Source: Setoptus koraiensis (Eukaryota; Animalia; Arthropoda). Taken from it: a stretch of 64,000 bases of DNA. The notes beneath the pieces are model-generated. The model was given only the letters and a program-made list of their open reading frames with translations. It did no database searches and was not told where the DNA came from. Shown piece after piece: positions 1 to 12,770 of this stretch; position 1 is the stretch's first letter, and each line of letters begins with the position of its first letter. The position numbers and the translations under genes are program-made. The stretch is taken from assembly GCA_048013815.1 (NCBI GenBank), contig CM106586.1, positions 24,304,001 through 24,368,000 on the forward strand, in the 5' to 3' direction.

Positions 1-1792
1 CTTTCTGTCGAATATATAGATGATCGATAATGTTTAACTCAACTATTTCGGACTATATTATAACACAATACACGATACATACTAATCAATGTATATCAAG
101 ATAGCCCTATAATTGATAATATACGAAATTGTCATATATACAAAACTATACATACATTATAGTTACAACCGCCATGGGTCAAATCAAACCAACGGCACCA
201 AGCATCTCGCAAATACAAAAGCAATGTGTTTATCCTCATTAAGTAACAACTTCTGCAGTCTCTCTGAATAGCTTTTCTATGGAATTTATCTTGATTGTGG
301 TTTTGTTTATTTGACTAGAGCTAATAATTCTGTTGCTATCATTATTCTTTGCCTAACCTATGCTTATTGATGATAATTGCAACTTGGTAGCAATAAATTA
401 TGTGAACAAAACGTGCATCTAGCGTGGTGTTACTACGTGAACTTCTAGGCCCAGTTTACTTTGAGCAAATCAAAACAAAACTTGTTATTTTTTTATATCA
501 TCTATTATGATCTAATTAGAAAACAACAACAATAACAACCGGTTGAAAACTATTGATCAAGACAGACTCGAGCTAGCCTTTGTCGCCTCCATCAATGCAA
601 TAACAAAGTCATTGAATTATTGTTTGTCACAATACGAAACTTAATTGACAATCAGACAGCCCATGTTGATATATAGATATGGATGTAGGGCATTCTAACA
701 AGAGCTGATATGGTAACAAAAACTTGTCGGTCGAATAATACTGTTGACTAAAACGGCTATTCATACTATCTATACATTGGTCTTAGAATGGTTGTCTTAA
801 CCAGAAGAGGGCGCGATAAACATTACATTCATGATGAAGTTATGATAGTCAAAAATTAACATAGATTCTTATAATTACTGTGTTTTCTCGACACTATCAT
901 TGAATTACACACAGTAATCAACTACTGATTTTTCTAGAACAATTTCTATCTAATAAAATGAGAATATCGCTTATCCACACAAGCCATTATGATATCGACG
1001 GGTCTAGTTATTAACTGTCAATTGTGCCTATTTGTACTTAAGTTGTGTCGCATAGAGAAGGGGGAATCTGACAGAACAGACTGTACTTCAATTATCTCTT
1101 TGGGAACTTGATTGTAACTGGGTGTAAGATTAACACGAAACTAACATCAATAGTTCACATAACAGCAATAGATTGGTGTAAATATACACAGACTCATTAT
1201 AAAAACCGTGACCATATTATAGAGTTTAAGTAGATACCGTTAATGTTGCTAGCATTAATATCACTTAAATAGCTAGATCGAATTTCCAATGATGATGAGA
1301 AATAAAGCAAGATCAAAATTCTATCGTGAGAGCGAAAGCAACAAATGATGAATGAGGTTCTCAAAGGTAAAGTTCATCGCTGATTAGGCATTTCTTTGAA
1401 TTCCGGTTATGAAGATACATCAAGACAATACATGAGAGCGAGAGAGAGAGAGAGAGAGTATTGGTGTATTAGGTTCATCGCCATCATTGTCATGGAAACT
1501 ATATTGAGTGACAGATAGCGAACTAGCTTTAGGTGAAGTTTAACTGCCGAAGCTAGCCGAAATAAACTAACACACATTGTCACACTCTGTGTATTGTCTC
1601 TGTCTAGCTATCTGAAAATAGTGTCGAAAAAGTTCGATCCTGATAATTATGCTATTGTATAGACATACACAACACATCGGTGTAGAGCTCTCGAGAACCC
1701 AATTGAGGGTGTGAGATATTTTGCAATAGGAGATGGTGAATAAAGATAAAATTGAAGACAGATAGTTATCATTTGTAGAGTGTGTATGTGTG

Positions 1793-1795
<3 letters not shown>

Positions 1796-1848
<53 letters not shown>
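1796..1848. repeat. (GA)n microsatellite
   Basis: Directly visible. A shorter (GA)n tract lies at about 1441-1458. It explains the poly-SL spurious ORF 1567-1986. Confidence 0.95.
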
Positions 1849-1853
<5 letters not shown>

Positions 1854-2349
1854 GAAAGAGAGACGACGGGGCGAGGAAAGACAAAGAGAGAGTTACTGTA
1901 GCGCAATTTGATATGGTTATTTGATACAAACAATGGATTTTTTCAAATTTATATGCGATTGTCGTTTGATTATCTGATCTGGCCAATCATCTAATATTTG
2001 CACATCGTACCTATACCCTCGCCTAATAATTAGTGCGTTTAGTGTCGATGCCTAGCATGTTATATTCATCATAATTAACAACTTTTTTCTATTCTATCAA
2101 TATTATACAGACACTACATCAATTGTAATAAACTAATGGTGCTAATAGTAATGGTTATGAGTCACAAAAGCAGCCTAAACTCAACAAAATGAAGAGAAAC
2201 AAAATGAAGAGAAAAAGGAAAAAAAAGTGACTAGCCCAGAAAAAAGCTGGCGCATGATTTTTGGGCTCTTTTCTTGCCACTTTGATTGACATCGATAGCT
2301 TAATATAGCGCAAATCTAGTACTTTTTCAACCTACTGATCAACTCGCCA

Positions 2350-2385
2350 TATAAAAAGAGGACAACTGCACCAGAACTTCACTGT
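2350..2385 (+). promoter_or_regulatory. Putative TATA box plus initiator of the PFK-2 gene
   Basis: TATAAAA at 2350-2356 and an Inr-like TCACTG whose A (2381) is 31 nt downstream. A DRE-like CATCGATA lies at about 2290. Motif inference only. Confidence 0.5.
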
Positions 2386-2690
2386 AGTCTGTCATTTGAA
2401 ATTGTCCGTCGACTACAGCACTCACATATATTCAGATACAAGCAATTAATCACAATCATTTACAAATTTCAGACACATTACATACATTATACACACTACA
2501 CTCTTGATTATCGACATTATTATATTTACATAAGTTCTCATTACAACCCATTTTATTTTCACTCAAATATTATAACTATAAAATCTTTGTTGAAGTAAGC
2601 CCAAATTAATCAACACAAAAACATTTATTAAAACAAAAAGTATAACATATTGACCACCATTCAACACTGTTCACGTACGTCACTTTTTTC

Positions 2691-3659
2691 ATGAATCACT
2701 CACATCAATACCCTTCAATAGGAGCCATGTTGATTGAAAAGCCAACTGTGATAGCAATGGTCGGACTACCAGCACGTGGAAAGACTTTTATATCAAAGAA
2801 ATTGTTACAATACGCATATAATCAGTTGGGTTTAGTTGGTCGAGTTTTCAATGTTGGCGATTACAGACGGCTCGCCACCGACTATAGTGCACATGACTTT
2901 TTTAGATCTGACAACAAGCAAGCCTTGGCAATAAGAAAGTAAGTTACATGGTAGATCGATCAATTGTATCAATCATACTTATTTCATCGTTAAGATGATA
3001 ATGTATTGGTTACTATAACAAGTTAACTAATCGTGATTTATTGAATCTTCGTTTCTTGAATCTTGTAGCAAACTAGCGATGGACGCCCTCGAAGACATGT
3101 GCTCTTGGCTAGCCAAAGACGACCACAGAATTGCCATCTATGATGCCACAAACTCTACGAGAGACAGACGTGAATTGATATACGATGCTGTAGTATGTAA
3201 ATACAACTACAATCTATTTTTTGTTGAATCCATCTGTGATGACAAATCTATTATAGAAGCTAACGTTATGGTGAGTTCTATTTCTCTGTTTATCTATCGA
3301 GAAGGAAATCAATTAGTGAGTTGTTTGCGGCCATTTCGAATTAGTTAACTATTATTCTAACCATCAGCAACATTTGTGTCCCACTTCAAATCCATTTTAT
3401 TCTATTATCAAATTAGATGAAGTCACATAGCCCCGATTATAAACATTTGGACGATAAGAGGGCCGCTATTAATGATTTCAAACAAAGAATTGAGCATTAC
3501 CGTTCTAGATATCAGCCTCTGAATTCTGAAGATCCTCAAGAATGCAAATACTCATTTGTGCAAATATTCAACGCTGGTCAAAAAATTTACAATCATCATT
3601 GCAAAAGTAAGATACAAAGATTATTATTCAATTATTTATTGGACCTGTATGTCAAATAA
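2691..3659 (+). CDS. PFKFB: 6-phosphofructo-2-kinase, kinase domain only; join(2691..2938,3069..3270,3417..3659), 230 aa
   Basis: Walker A GLPARGKT, RVFNVGDYRR, IAIYDATNSTRDRR, FFVESICDD, SPDY and DFKQRIEHY match the PFKFB kinase domain. GT-AG introns of 130 and 146 nt join in frame (IRN-KLAMDALED; ANVM-MKSHSPDY). Confidence 0.92.
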
Positions 3660-4188
3660 AACTTAATGATTTCCTTTTCGTAATTAATATGATTCCTTGC
3701 ACCATTTGATAATCTCACAAGTAATTATTTACAAATACTATAAATTTGATTTGGCAAAAGAGAACATAAATTAAAATATTCTTATTGGTGTTGCTGTTGT
3801 TTTTTAAATAAGTTAGCTTAAAATATAATAACCTGAGCGCTTTGCTATCCGCAGTATTGAGGTATTTTCTGAGTACACTTGAGTTTCAATCCATAACAGT
3901 GCTGCCTGCCTTAAAATTGGTAATTGCAAACTTAAATTAACTTATTAACTTAACATAACGATACTTTACAAAACTATATACCATTTTCAAACATGAACTA
4001 ATAATATAACATTAAATATATTTAACTATTTAACAACAATATAACAATATATAACAGTATGTACAAATCTACTTAAGCTTATAACATAGTGAATTAATAT
4101 GATAGGAGTCTATTCGATGAAATATATGATAAGTGATAATATCAACAATTATAATAATAAATCAATGATCTTTGTGTGTCAAACATGA

Positions 4189-7068
4189 CTATGAGGTGGC
4201 AGTTTGTGACTGTTGAATTTGTTGTGCGCTATTGTTGTTAACTAGATTCCTCTGTGGAAGTTGGCAGTTCAAATGGAATCTAAATATGTGAAAACGTAGG
4301 GAATCGCGACGATTCACAGAGAAGTCACAATTGTCTATTTTGCAACTGAAAATATATCTATGATCGTAGAGATGATTTAAATATTGACGCCAAAATCTGA
4401 ATGTTCTTGTTCCATTTCCGCAAAACTCACAACAATATGGACGTTGGCCGTGAACAGAATGGTTATGTTTATCATAATCAAAAGTAGCTTCAAAACGTAA
4501 ATTGCATTGATTACATAAGAATTCTCCACGTCGACGATTGAAGATTTTCATAACCTTATCAACAGCATCCTCTTGATACCATTCTTTGTTGAGGTCTAAA
4601 TGAATTGATTGATGTTGCATCAGTCTGTGCCGATCGTCGAAAGAAGAACCACATGTATCACATTTGAAATCGACGTCGTTGCTAGATGAAAGAGTTGATA
4701 TTTGTCCACGTGATGTTTTGGCCATGATTGCGCTGACATTGTTATTGTTGTTATTGATACTATTGATATTGTTGTTGTTATTGTTATGATACGGTATGGG
4801 TGTTGATGGGCTTGATGACAGTGCGTGATTAGCGACTGCAGAATTCATATCCAACGCCATAGGATAGCCTAGATCAAGATCGCTTTCTAATTTGTGCTTT
4901 TTAAGTTTGTTTTGACTCGTTCGAAGATCTATCGAGGCATTGCCAGATTGATTGTTCAAGTCATAAGCGGATGTAAGAAATTGAGTGGCCGTCATGTTAT
5001 TAGGGTCTACAGCTGGTCTCTTTTTTCTAATAGTTTCGGACAATAGTGATTTGATGATCATTTTTTGATGGCGGTCTCGTTTATTTGCCCTCGTGAGTTC
5101 TTCATTGTATCTTTGTTTTGTTCTTTCAGTAAGAGTTCTAATTAGATCTTGATCCATGGAAGAAAGATAGCTTGCTATCAAAGGGGACTGATATTGATTC
5201 AACTGGGCCATTGAAGCTTCAATATTGGATACAGTAACATTATCTGTTGTCAATGAGGCCAAGTTATGATTGTCCATCACATCTATAGCGTCATTATTAG
5301 TATTATTAGTTACATCATGATTGCTGCTTTGGTCGTGCAAACCATCATGAGAGTTTTTATGATTACGCTCACCTGTTGCCTGGCAAGACATATCTTCTGG
5401 CATGTCATTGACATCGCTGCAGATTGTAACTGCATCCATGGAGGCTACATCTGAATAGTAATCCTGATTATTACTAGTGATTCGGCCACTAGAAGCACCA
5501 GTAGGTGGCTGGGCATCGTTTTCGAGAGATCTTTTTAATTCTGGTTGAAGTTTGCCTTTGTAGTGACAAGAGAATATATGCAACTTAAGCAATTGTAAAT
5601 TGGTTGATTTGTGCCTACAGCTAGGGTCTACTTGACAATGGTAATTAAAACAATGGGAAGCTCGATGTTTTTGAAAACTTTTCCATGAGCTGAAAGATTG
5701 ATTACAATCGCTCATGGGACATTTGAATGGCCTATCAGAATGTTTAAGCATGTGATTTTGATATTCCAATATTGTCTTAAAGGCTGAATTACACTTTTTA
5801 CAATACAGTCCTTGTTGTTGTTGATTTTGTTTGCGGTGTATGTCGAAATAAATTAAACTTGAATTGTTTGGTGTCTTAGTATACATGTCTGGACTGAAAT
5901 CAAAGTGTGTAGCCATATGGAGATCTAGGCCAAATTTTCTCTTGAAACGCTTAAAGCAACCACTCGCGTCACACTCAAATGGAAATTCATTAGAGTGCAC
6001 AACTTTATGATGCCGCAACTTCCTCAATGAATTGAAACTCTTATTACATTCGGCACAAATAAAATCAGCCTCAGCTTGCTCAATGTCCGCCTCAGGATCT
6101 TGATCAACGTCCGGTTCATTTTCTAAGCACTCGGCCTCAAGTAGATCGGTATCAGCATCGGCGTCAGCGTCCACGTCTACATCAGCATCGGGATCAATAT
6201 CCTCGTCATTGTCATCGTCGCAATCATTGTTTGTTATTTGCAATGGCGCTAATGGGTCTGCTTGATCGTTTCTGGCAACACGTGAATCATTATGATTATG
6301 ATTATGATGATTGTGCTGTTGCTGATGTTGGCTGATATTTTGGAATGAGGCAATAAATTTCGACCACGAAGACGCTGCATCTAATGCTGGATTAAAGTTA
6401 GTTGAGTCACCATTGACGTTATTAATATTATTATTATTATGATTTATGGTTGTGTCAGTTAAATTATGATTATGTTGCTGTTCTAAACTATAGAGATCTG
6501 CTTCTTCTTCGTCTGTTTCATCATCGGCATCTTCCACCGGATTATCTTCATCTTTGGGTATGCCCATAGATTGGCACAATAATTGCAATTGTTGCTCAAT
6601 AGAATCTAACACCAATTGATTATTGCGTTGAATCTGTTGAATTAGTTTCCTATGTTTCATGATGATGCCCCTATGCCTCTTGAAAATTTCTGCTTGCATC
6701 GGAATTGGCTGATATTGTTGTTGCTGTTGTTGAATTTGCTCAAGTTGTTGTAATTGATTATTTAATTGGTCTTGCTGTTGCGATGTTGGTAATTGTGTTA
6801 TATTTGCTGTTGGTGTTGTTGATGTTGTGGACGATGTCTGGTCTGTTTGTGTTTGTTGTTGTTGTTGTTGTTGTTGTTGTTGCTGCTGCTGTGGTTCTAG
6901 GGAAATTGGTGTTGTGTTATTATTGTTATTAATATTATTATTATTGTTGTTATTGTCGTTATCAATATCTGTGGCTGTTGTAGTATTATCATTATTGGTG
7001 GTAATAGTTTCGTCGTTGTTGTTGTTGACACTTTCTTGGTCGTCTGGGGTCACGTGTTGATGCTTCAT
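4189..7068 (-). CDS. Multi-C2H2 zinc-finger protein (9 fingers in clusters of 5 and 4) with poly-Q, poly-N and acidic tracts, 959 aa, single coding exon
   Basis: Long ORF with repeated C-x2-4-C-x12-H-x3-4-H motifs, e.g. FICAECNKSFNSLRKLRHHKVVH and FKCDTCGSSFDDRHRLMQHQSIH. A splice acceptor at 7131 and a GTAAGT donor at 9496 suggest an upstream non-coding exon. Confidence 0.93.
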   Translation of the reverse strand: MKHQHVTPDDQESVNNNNDETITTNNDNTTTATDIDNDNNNNNNNINNNNNTTPISLEPQQQQQQQQQQQQQTQTDQTSSTTSTTPTANITQLPTSQQQDQLNNQLQQLEQIQQQQQQYQPIPMQAEIFKRHRGIIMKHRKLIQQIQRNNQLVLDSIEQQLQLLCQSMGIPKDEDNPVEDADDETDEEEADLYSLEQQHNHNLTDTTINHNNNNINNVNGDSTNFNPALDAASSWSKFIASFQNISQHQQQHNHHNHNHNDSRVARNDQADPLAPLQITNNDCDDDNDEDIDPDADVDVDADADADTDLLEAECLENEPDVDQDPEADIEQAEADFICAECNKSFNSLRKLRHHKVVHSNEFPFECDASGCFKRFKRKFGLDLHMATHFDFSPDMYTKTPNNSSLIYFDIHRKQNQQQQGLYCKKCNSAFKTILEYQNHMLKHSDRPFKCPMSDCNQSFSSWKSFQKHRASHCFNYHCQVDPSCRHKSTNLQLLKLHIFSCHYKGKLQPELKRSLENDAQPPTGASSGRITSNNQDYYSDVASMDAVTICSDVNDMPEDMSCQATGERNHKNSHDGLHDQSSNHDVTNNTNNDAIDVMDNHNLASLTTDNVTVSNIEASMAQLNQYQSPLIASYLSSMDQDLIRTLTERTKQRYNEELTRANKRDRHQKMIIKSLLSETIRKKRPAVDPNNMTATQFLTSAYDLNNQSGNASIDLRTSQNKLKKHKLESDLDLGYPMALDMNSAVANHALSSSPSTPIPYHNNNNNNINSINNNNNNVSAIMAKTSRGQISTLSSSNDVDFKCDTCGSSFDDRHRLMQHQSIHLDLNKEWYQEDAVDKVMKIFNRRRGEFLCNQCNLRFEATFDYDKHNHSVHGQRPYCCEFCGNGTRTFRFWRQYLNHLYDHRYIFSCKIDNCDFSVNRRDSLRFHIFRFHLNCQLPQRNLVNNNSAQQIQQSQTATS

Positions 7069-7461
7069 GATGGGGTCTATTATGTTATTATTGATTGCGA
7101 GTTTTTAGCAAGTTATGAAAAATATGAATTCTGTTGTTTGGTTGTTGCTGTATTCGGCCGACATCCACTCGCACAATGAGCAAAAACGAGAATAAGCGAG
7201 ATAGAGAGCCACTACCGCACACATAACAACATCAGGATGGCCAATTCAACTGGAAAGCGGCAGCAGCGGCAACAGGCAGCAACGGCGGCACCAGCGGTAC
7301 AGCGATGAGGATATCGGTCTAACGGGAACTGGCTTTCACTCTTTCTCTCTAACTTGCAATCTCTGCTTTGTACTGTATATTGTATACTACTGTATATGTA
7401 ATGTTGTTGTTGTGCTCATAACATGTTCGTCTGTCTGTCTGTCTGCAACTGTTCAAATCGA

Positions 7462-7462
<1 letters not shown>

Positions 7463-7548
<86 letters not shown>
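7463..7548. repeat. (TG)43 microsatellite
   Basis: Directly visible perfect dinucleotide run. Confidence 0.97.
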
Positions 7549-7550
<2 letters not shown>

Positions 7551-10280
7551 TGCAACAAATTCGCCAGTTGCGAACTGTGGGTTGTTATGATGTCCTATAG
7601 TAACTAGTAGTGCTAGTAGTGGTAGTAATGATTGCAGTGGTTGTAGTGCCAGTGATGGTGGTAGTGAATCCTTTTACTTTCGTTCTATGCGGATGATTGG
7701 TGAAAGTTAGCGAACAAGAGAAGGCGGCAGGGAAACGGCGAAACTGGGACGAGGACACACACACACACACACACACGCAGATAGCCTATAACTCATATAG
7801 CAAGAGCAACAAGTTTGCAACAGGACTGGGCGAGGGGCATTGGAGACCAGGGAAAGTTACGACGCACGAACTTTGAGCCGCTCCATCCTCGCATCCTGTA
7901 ACACACACACAAATGGTCTCACGCATTAAGTCTGGACGGCGGGCGCACGCACCGAACAAACTGGGCAATCCACTCGCACACACACACACACACATTCGCT
8001 TGCTGCTGTATATTGTATATAAGATGGAGACGGGTCTCGCATAAGCAACCCACACAAGCCTTAGTGTCCTCTCTCTCTCTCTCTCTGCGTCCCGTTCGCT
8101 TGCCACCGCCGAATGAATATGTGCGCTGCCTTGAGGGAGTTGCGCATTGTGGATGCAAGCAATTCTATTGCACTCTCACCGTTGGCACACCATCTATCCA
8201 CAATCTGCATTCCAGATACACATACAGATGCACACAGTGTACAGACTGGCATGCACAAAAGTTCGATACATCATGCATCCATCGTAATGCAATGGCGAGG
8301 CGGCAGTATAGTTAGTTATCGAATTTAATTCCATTTGAATTGGCGCAACCAGCACACTTTATGTGTGAGTGCGACACAACTGGTTGTTGCTGCCGGCTTG
8401 TGTGTCCGTTCTCAAGTCTCGAGCTGTGCGCACACTCTTTACTTTCAATTTACATTTGTTAGTTCGCTAGCCACATATTGATGCAGTATAAAGCGACAGC
8501 ACAATCAACAGCCAGAGAATCTATCAAGAAAATGGCGCCTCTCTTTACTACCAACTAAAAAGTAACTAAAAAGACAGCAGATGTTCGCACTTGCAAACTA
8601 CGGACAAAAATTCTATTTCATTTCTTGATATTGTGCTAGCGAGCACATTGGCTTGCTGCTTTTGCCGGGCCTGTTCTTGTCCGGTCCAGTCTTGTCTGGC
8701 GTGGCGTGGTGTGGAATTGTACTAGTTTGATGGCATTTGGTATGCGGCAACTTTCTCTCTCTCTCTCTCTCTCACTTCAACATGTTCCCCCACTCGCACT
8801 CTTGAAACAAGAGGTTCTCGCTCATTCTCGCACTACCACCAGAACTAGCCAGAATTACAACCACTACCACTACCGCCAACAACTACTACCACTACTACTG
8901 TTGTTATCGAAGTCAGCAACAAGTATTACATGAGATGAACGTTATCATTAAGGGGGCGAGGTAGCAGACCGCCAGCAACCGCCAGAATACTGTCAGATTA
9001 TCACAGCCACAGCAATCACTTGCTAGATATACGACATGATAGAGGGAGGGAGCCAGTGAGCCAGCGAGCCAGCTAGCGACGCAAGAGAGGCGACGTAAGA
9101 ATTATCAGAAGAACGAGCCAACGACAGAATAACAACACAATGGGCACACACATGTGTTAGTATGGTACACACACACACATTATTATATAATATATAATAT
9201 AATTTATCTTGCCAAAGAAAGGAACCATCATGATTGATTCAGATAAGACAAGGCAAAACGAGCGAGCATTCGTGGACTAACACACTGACACACTAACGCT
9301 GACTAATGGAGCTTACATATCGGCCGAGATATGGATGGTAGATATGCGAGGGCCAACCATGAAAGTATTGACCAGTCGGCTGGTGGGAATAACAAAAAAT
9401 TTATCGGGACAGAGAGAGACAGACGGAACAGCAATACTTTTGTGCTATTACTTGCAAGCTTCAAACTACTACCACTACTAACCTCTTATGACTTACGTGT
9501 CAAATGAAAGCGCTGAGACTGAAAGTAAACTTCTAGTGAGAGTGAAAGTAAAAGTGAAAGCAAATGTGCAAATAGTGGAAGAAGAGGCAACGCTGCGCGC
9601 TAGTTTATCACCGTAGGACAAACATCGACGGCCAGCCAGACAAGCCAGCCAGTTTGAGCAGTCTGCTGGCCAACAAGTTTTCAGGCTAGCCAATTGAACA
9701 GTTAACTTGTTCTAAGCCTTTGCAACCCATCAGCTCACTAGCCATAGGTCTATCCGGAATGCTTGTTGTCTGTTAGATGAGAGAAAGAAAAAAAAATGAA
9801 AGTTGCATTAGAATTAGGAATAGCTCGCGATACTTAAGAGCATGTTGCTTGGTATGTGTGCGCCTCCTCGTTGCAGTTTCAAACCAAACGGCTTGGCGAA
9901 TCAGCAAATACTTGATGGCTCACATCACGCACACTCTCAACGTACTACTTCTTGATATCAAATACAATGGATATGGCCAGAGAGAAGAAATTCCACTTTC
10001 TCTCCCGATCTCACATAGGCACGAACCTGGCTATATAACTCTCCAGGCAAACACTGAAAGAACGAAAGGGAAAGTTGTCTGTTCGCCATTTACATGGTTA
10101 TCGTCGCCTCAAGCTTTCCAAATAGCCGCTTCACGAACTCAAATTGAGTGGAAAGGAAGTTCCATTTTGCCATCCATATAATGCATCTAACAGGCTAGCT
10201 AAACTGGCTGGACAAAGAAAGTCGTAGGATTGGGAAAATCTAAAAGCTGATTTGATATGATCATGTCGATAAAAATCGCT

Positions 10281-10282
<2 letters not shown>

Positions 10283-10338
<56 letters not shown>
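10283..10338. repeat. (TC)n microsatellite
   Basis: Directly visible. Confidence 0.95.
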
Positions 10339-10342
<4 letters not shown>

Positions 10343-12770
10343 TCTCCCTAAGTTCCGTTGGCTTCGTCAACTCTATCAGTACCGGCCAGTGCTGTATTAC
10401 TGACAACAACACCAGCAGGCATTCTCTTTCACTCTTTTTTCTCAAGTCGAGATTTATCATTTTGGTGATGCTGTCGCCTACCAACATCAACCTGATCATT
10501 GAAGAACGAGAAATCCCTGTCATAGAAAAGAAAAACTTTCACTTCCACCAATTTAATGTTCTGCCCATTCTAACAATTGTGTCTGACATAGAATGCTAGA
10601 CTGTTGTAGTCGTTTTGGAATTAACCACGCTGACTAGACCTTCTACTATGAAGCCTTCGGAACACAATAGAGAAGGAGAGAACTGAATTAACTGTGGAGT
10701 CTGCTGTAATGACCAAGCAATAACAAGTAGACATAAAGGCCAGCAGGCATGCGGATGGACTGGAGGAGAAGAGGGAAGACAGCATTAGGTCGGATCAAAC
10801 AAGCCATCATCATCAGACTAACTTTGACACACAATTATTACAGGAACTCTAGCCAACAACAGGTACAGCTACCACAGCAAGTAGACAGCTTACATAAAGC
10901 AAATTCATTGTAGGAACAGCAACCATGACTGTAATGACTCATTCTGTCTAAACAACGACCAACAACTAATAACAATGGGCATTATATTATTCTAGCGTAC
11001 TAGACGTACTACTATTCTCAACAAACACCACTAGTATCATCATCTTATCCACCTCCACCAAACATCAAACATATGAGTGTACGGATGTATCCCACCTGGA
11101 TGGCGTAACGGGAAAAGGGGCGCTACTTCTTTCACCATGATGGCGTCAGACAGGCAGCATTCAGCAACACAACGGATAAGTTCGAGGCTAGCTGGCGAGC
11201 GAGAGACGCTCTTCATTTCAATATGCTGTTGCTACTATCCTGATATTATACAGGATTGAGCTTATCGCTAGCACTACCATATATATATATATATATATAT
11301 ATGCTGGGCGGTAGGACTGGTTTCAGGATCGAGTTGTTGTTGTGGCTATGTGCGACCTAAAACGCTTCGCTCACCCTTATACAACAATTTTATGATTACG
11401 TTCATTCTTTTATGATTACGTTTTGCTGCCACCACCAACACCACCACCACCACCACCATCAACAGCAGCAACAAAAACAACAGCAACACTAGTCTCACAG
11501 CCATTACAGTTTGTTGCTGTTATTATTCCATGAATGATGGCGTCACTGTGTCGCTGTTGCTTTCAGATTGACCCAGTAACCAAAGTCTGCCATGCCCAAC
11601 ATGTTTCCAGCAGTTGGATGGGTTAGGCAGATGTTATATAACAACATACGCACACGCATGCTACAGCTAACGTTGTAATATGAAGGCTGTCGGCGCTAGA
11701 GAATGCAACAACTACTACAGCTATCATTATTACATCATCATCACCGCCTGCATCTAACGCTCGACCGTTATCATGGTGAATGTTGTATAGTGGATTTGTT
11801 GCTGCGTTCATGATCCATCATCGTGCTAGGGCGGGTGAAAGTTAGAAAGGAGAGAAAGGTAAGCTGGCAGTGGCGCACGCACACTTATAATTTGTCAGTT
11901 CAATAGAGAAAGGAATAGTAATAGCATAAAGCTGCGAGACTAATAGTCTACTGACTTCCGACTTTTTGTTACAGGTGTGTACCACTAACAAGATAATTAA
12001 ACATCTATGCTCTACAGGCATCTGCCTGGCGGGACTGCCAGGACCACCAGCATAAGCGGAGAGGGCAGCAAAAAAAAACAACTTTAGAATTGAAACAACG
12101 TCATAAATTGATGTGCCAGCTAAAGAAAAGTAGTAAACTACGAATAAACTGATGGGGAATGGGATGTAAACAAGAGTTGGTGGTAAGGGAATGGATGCGT
12201 AGTGTAGGCATAACCACTATTTAGCTGCAAGTATAACAGTATCCTCAACTATGTGCAACTAGCCCACAATGTTATGACAACTCACCGGTGAAATTTGTCT
12301 ATCCTTCAAACCTGTTGTTCCTGTGGTTGTTAGTACATTGGAGATTCAACATCATCGGATGCGCCAGGCACATTAACACACTCAGCCTACTAGTACTTCT
12401 AGAATTGTTGTTCCTATGAATTGATCAAATGTTAAGATAATGATTAACGGAACAGCAAGTATTTACTATGAATGGGCACATACAACATACATATTTACAT
12501 AGATTTATGAAAGCTAACTGCATGACTCTTGCTAAGAGAATGGAACGAAGAAAGTGTTTGCGCTTGACCAACTGTGGTGGTAATTGCTTTGTATGGGCTA
12601 AACTTCTACTAACTCGACTTACTGTGTGCAATGATGGCGCTCCAGGCGATAGGTCATGATTAACAAAGAACGGAGGCGTACAAAAAAAAAAGATGACGAC
12701 GTTGTCTAGACTAACCTGTTGCAATGGTCGACAATAGATACGGCGTGCGTTTGTCATAGAAGTCATTAGA

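Noticed and set aside
8985-9010. Adjacent 11-nt matches to miR-8 (AATACTGTCAG) and miR-2/13 (TATCACAGCCA) 5' ends
   Set aside because: No complementary arm nearby and the matches stop at 11 nt. As target sites they would be in a leader intron rather than a 3' UTR.
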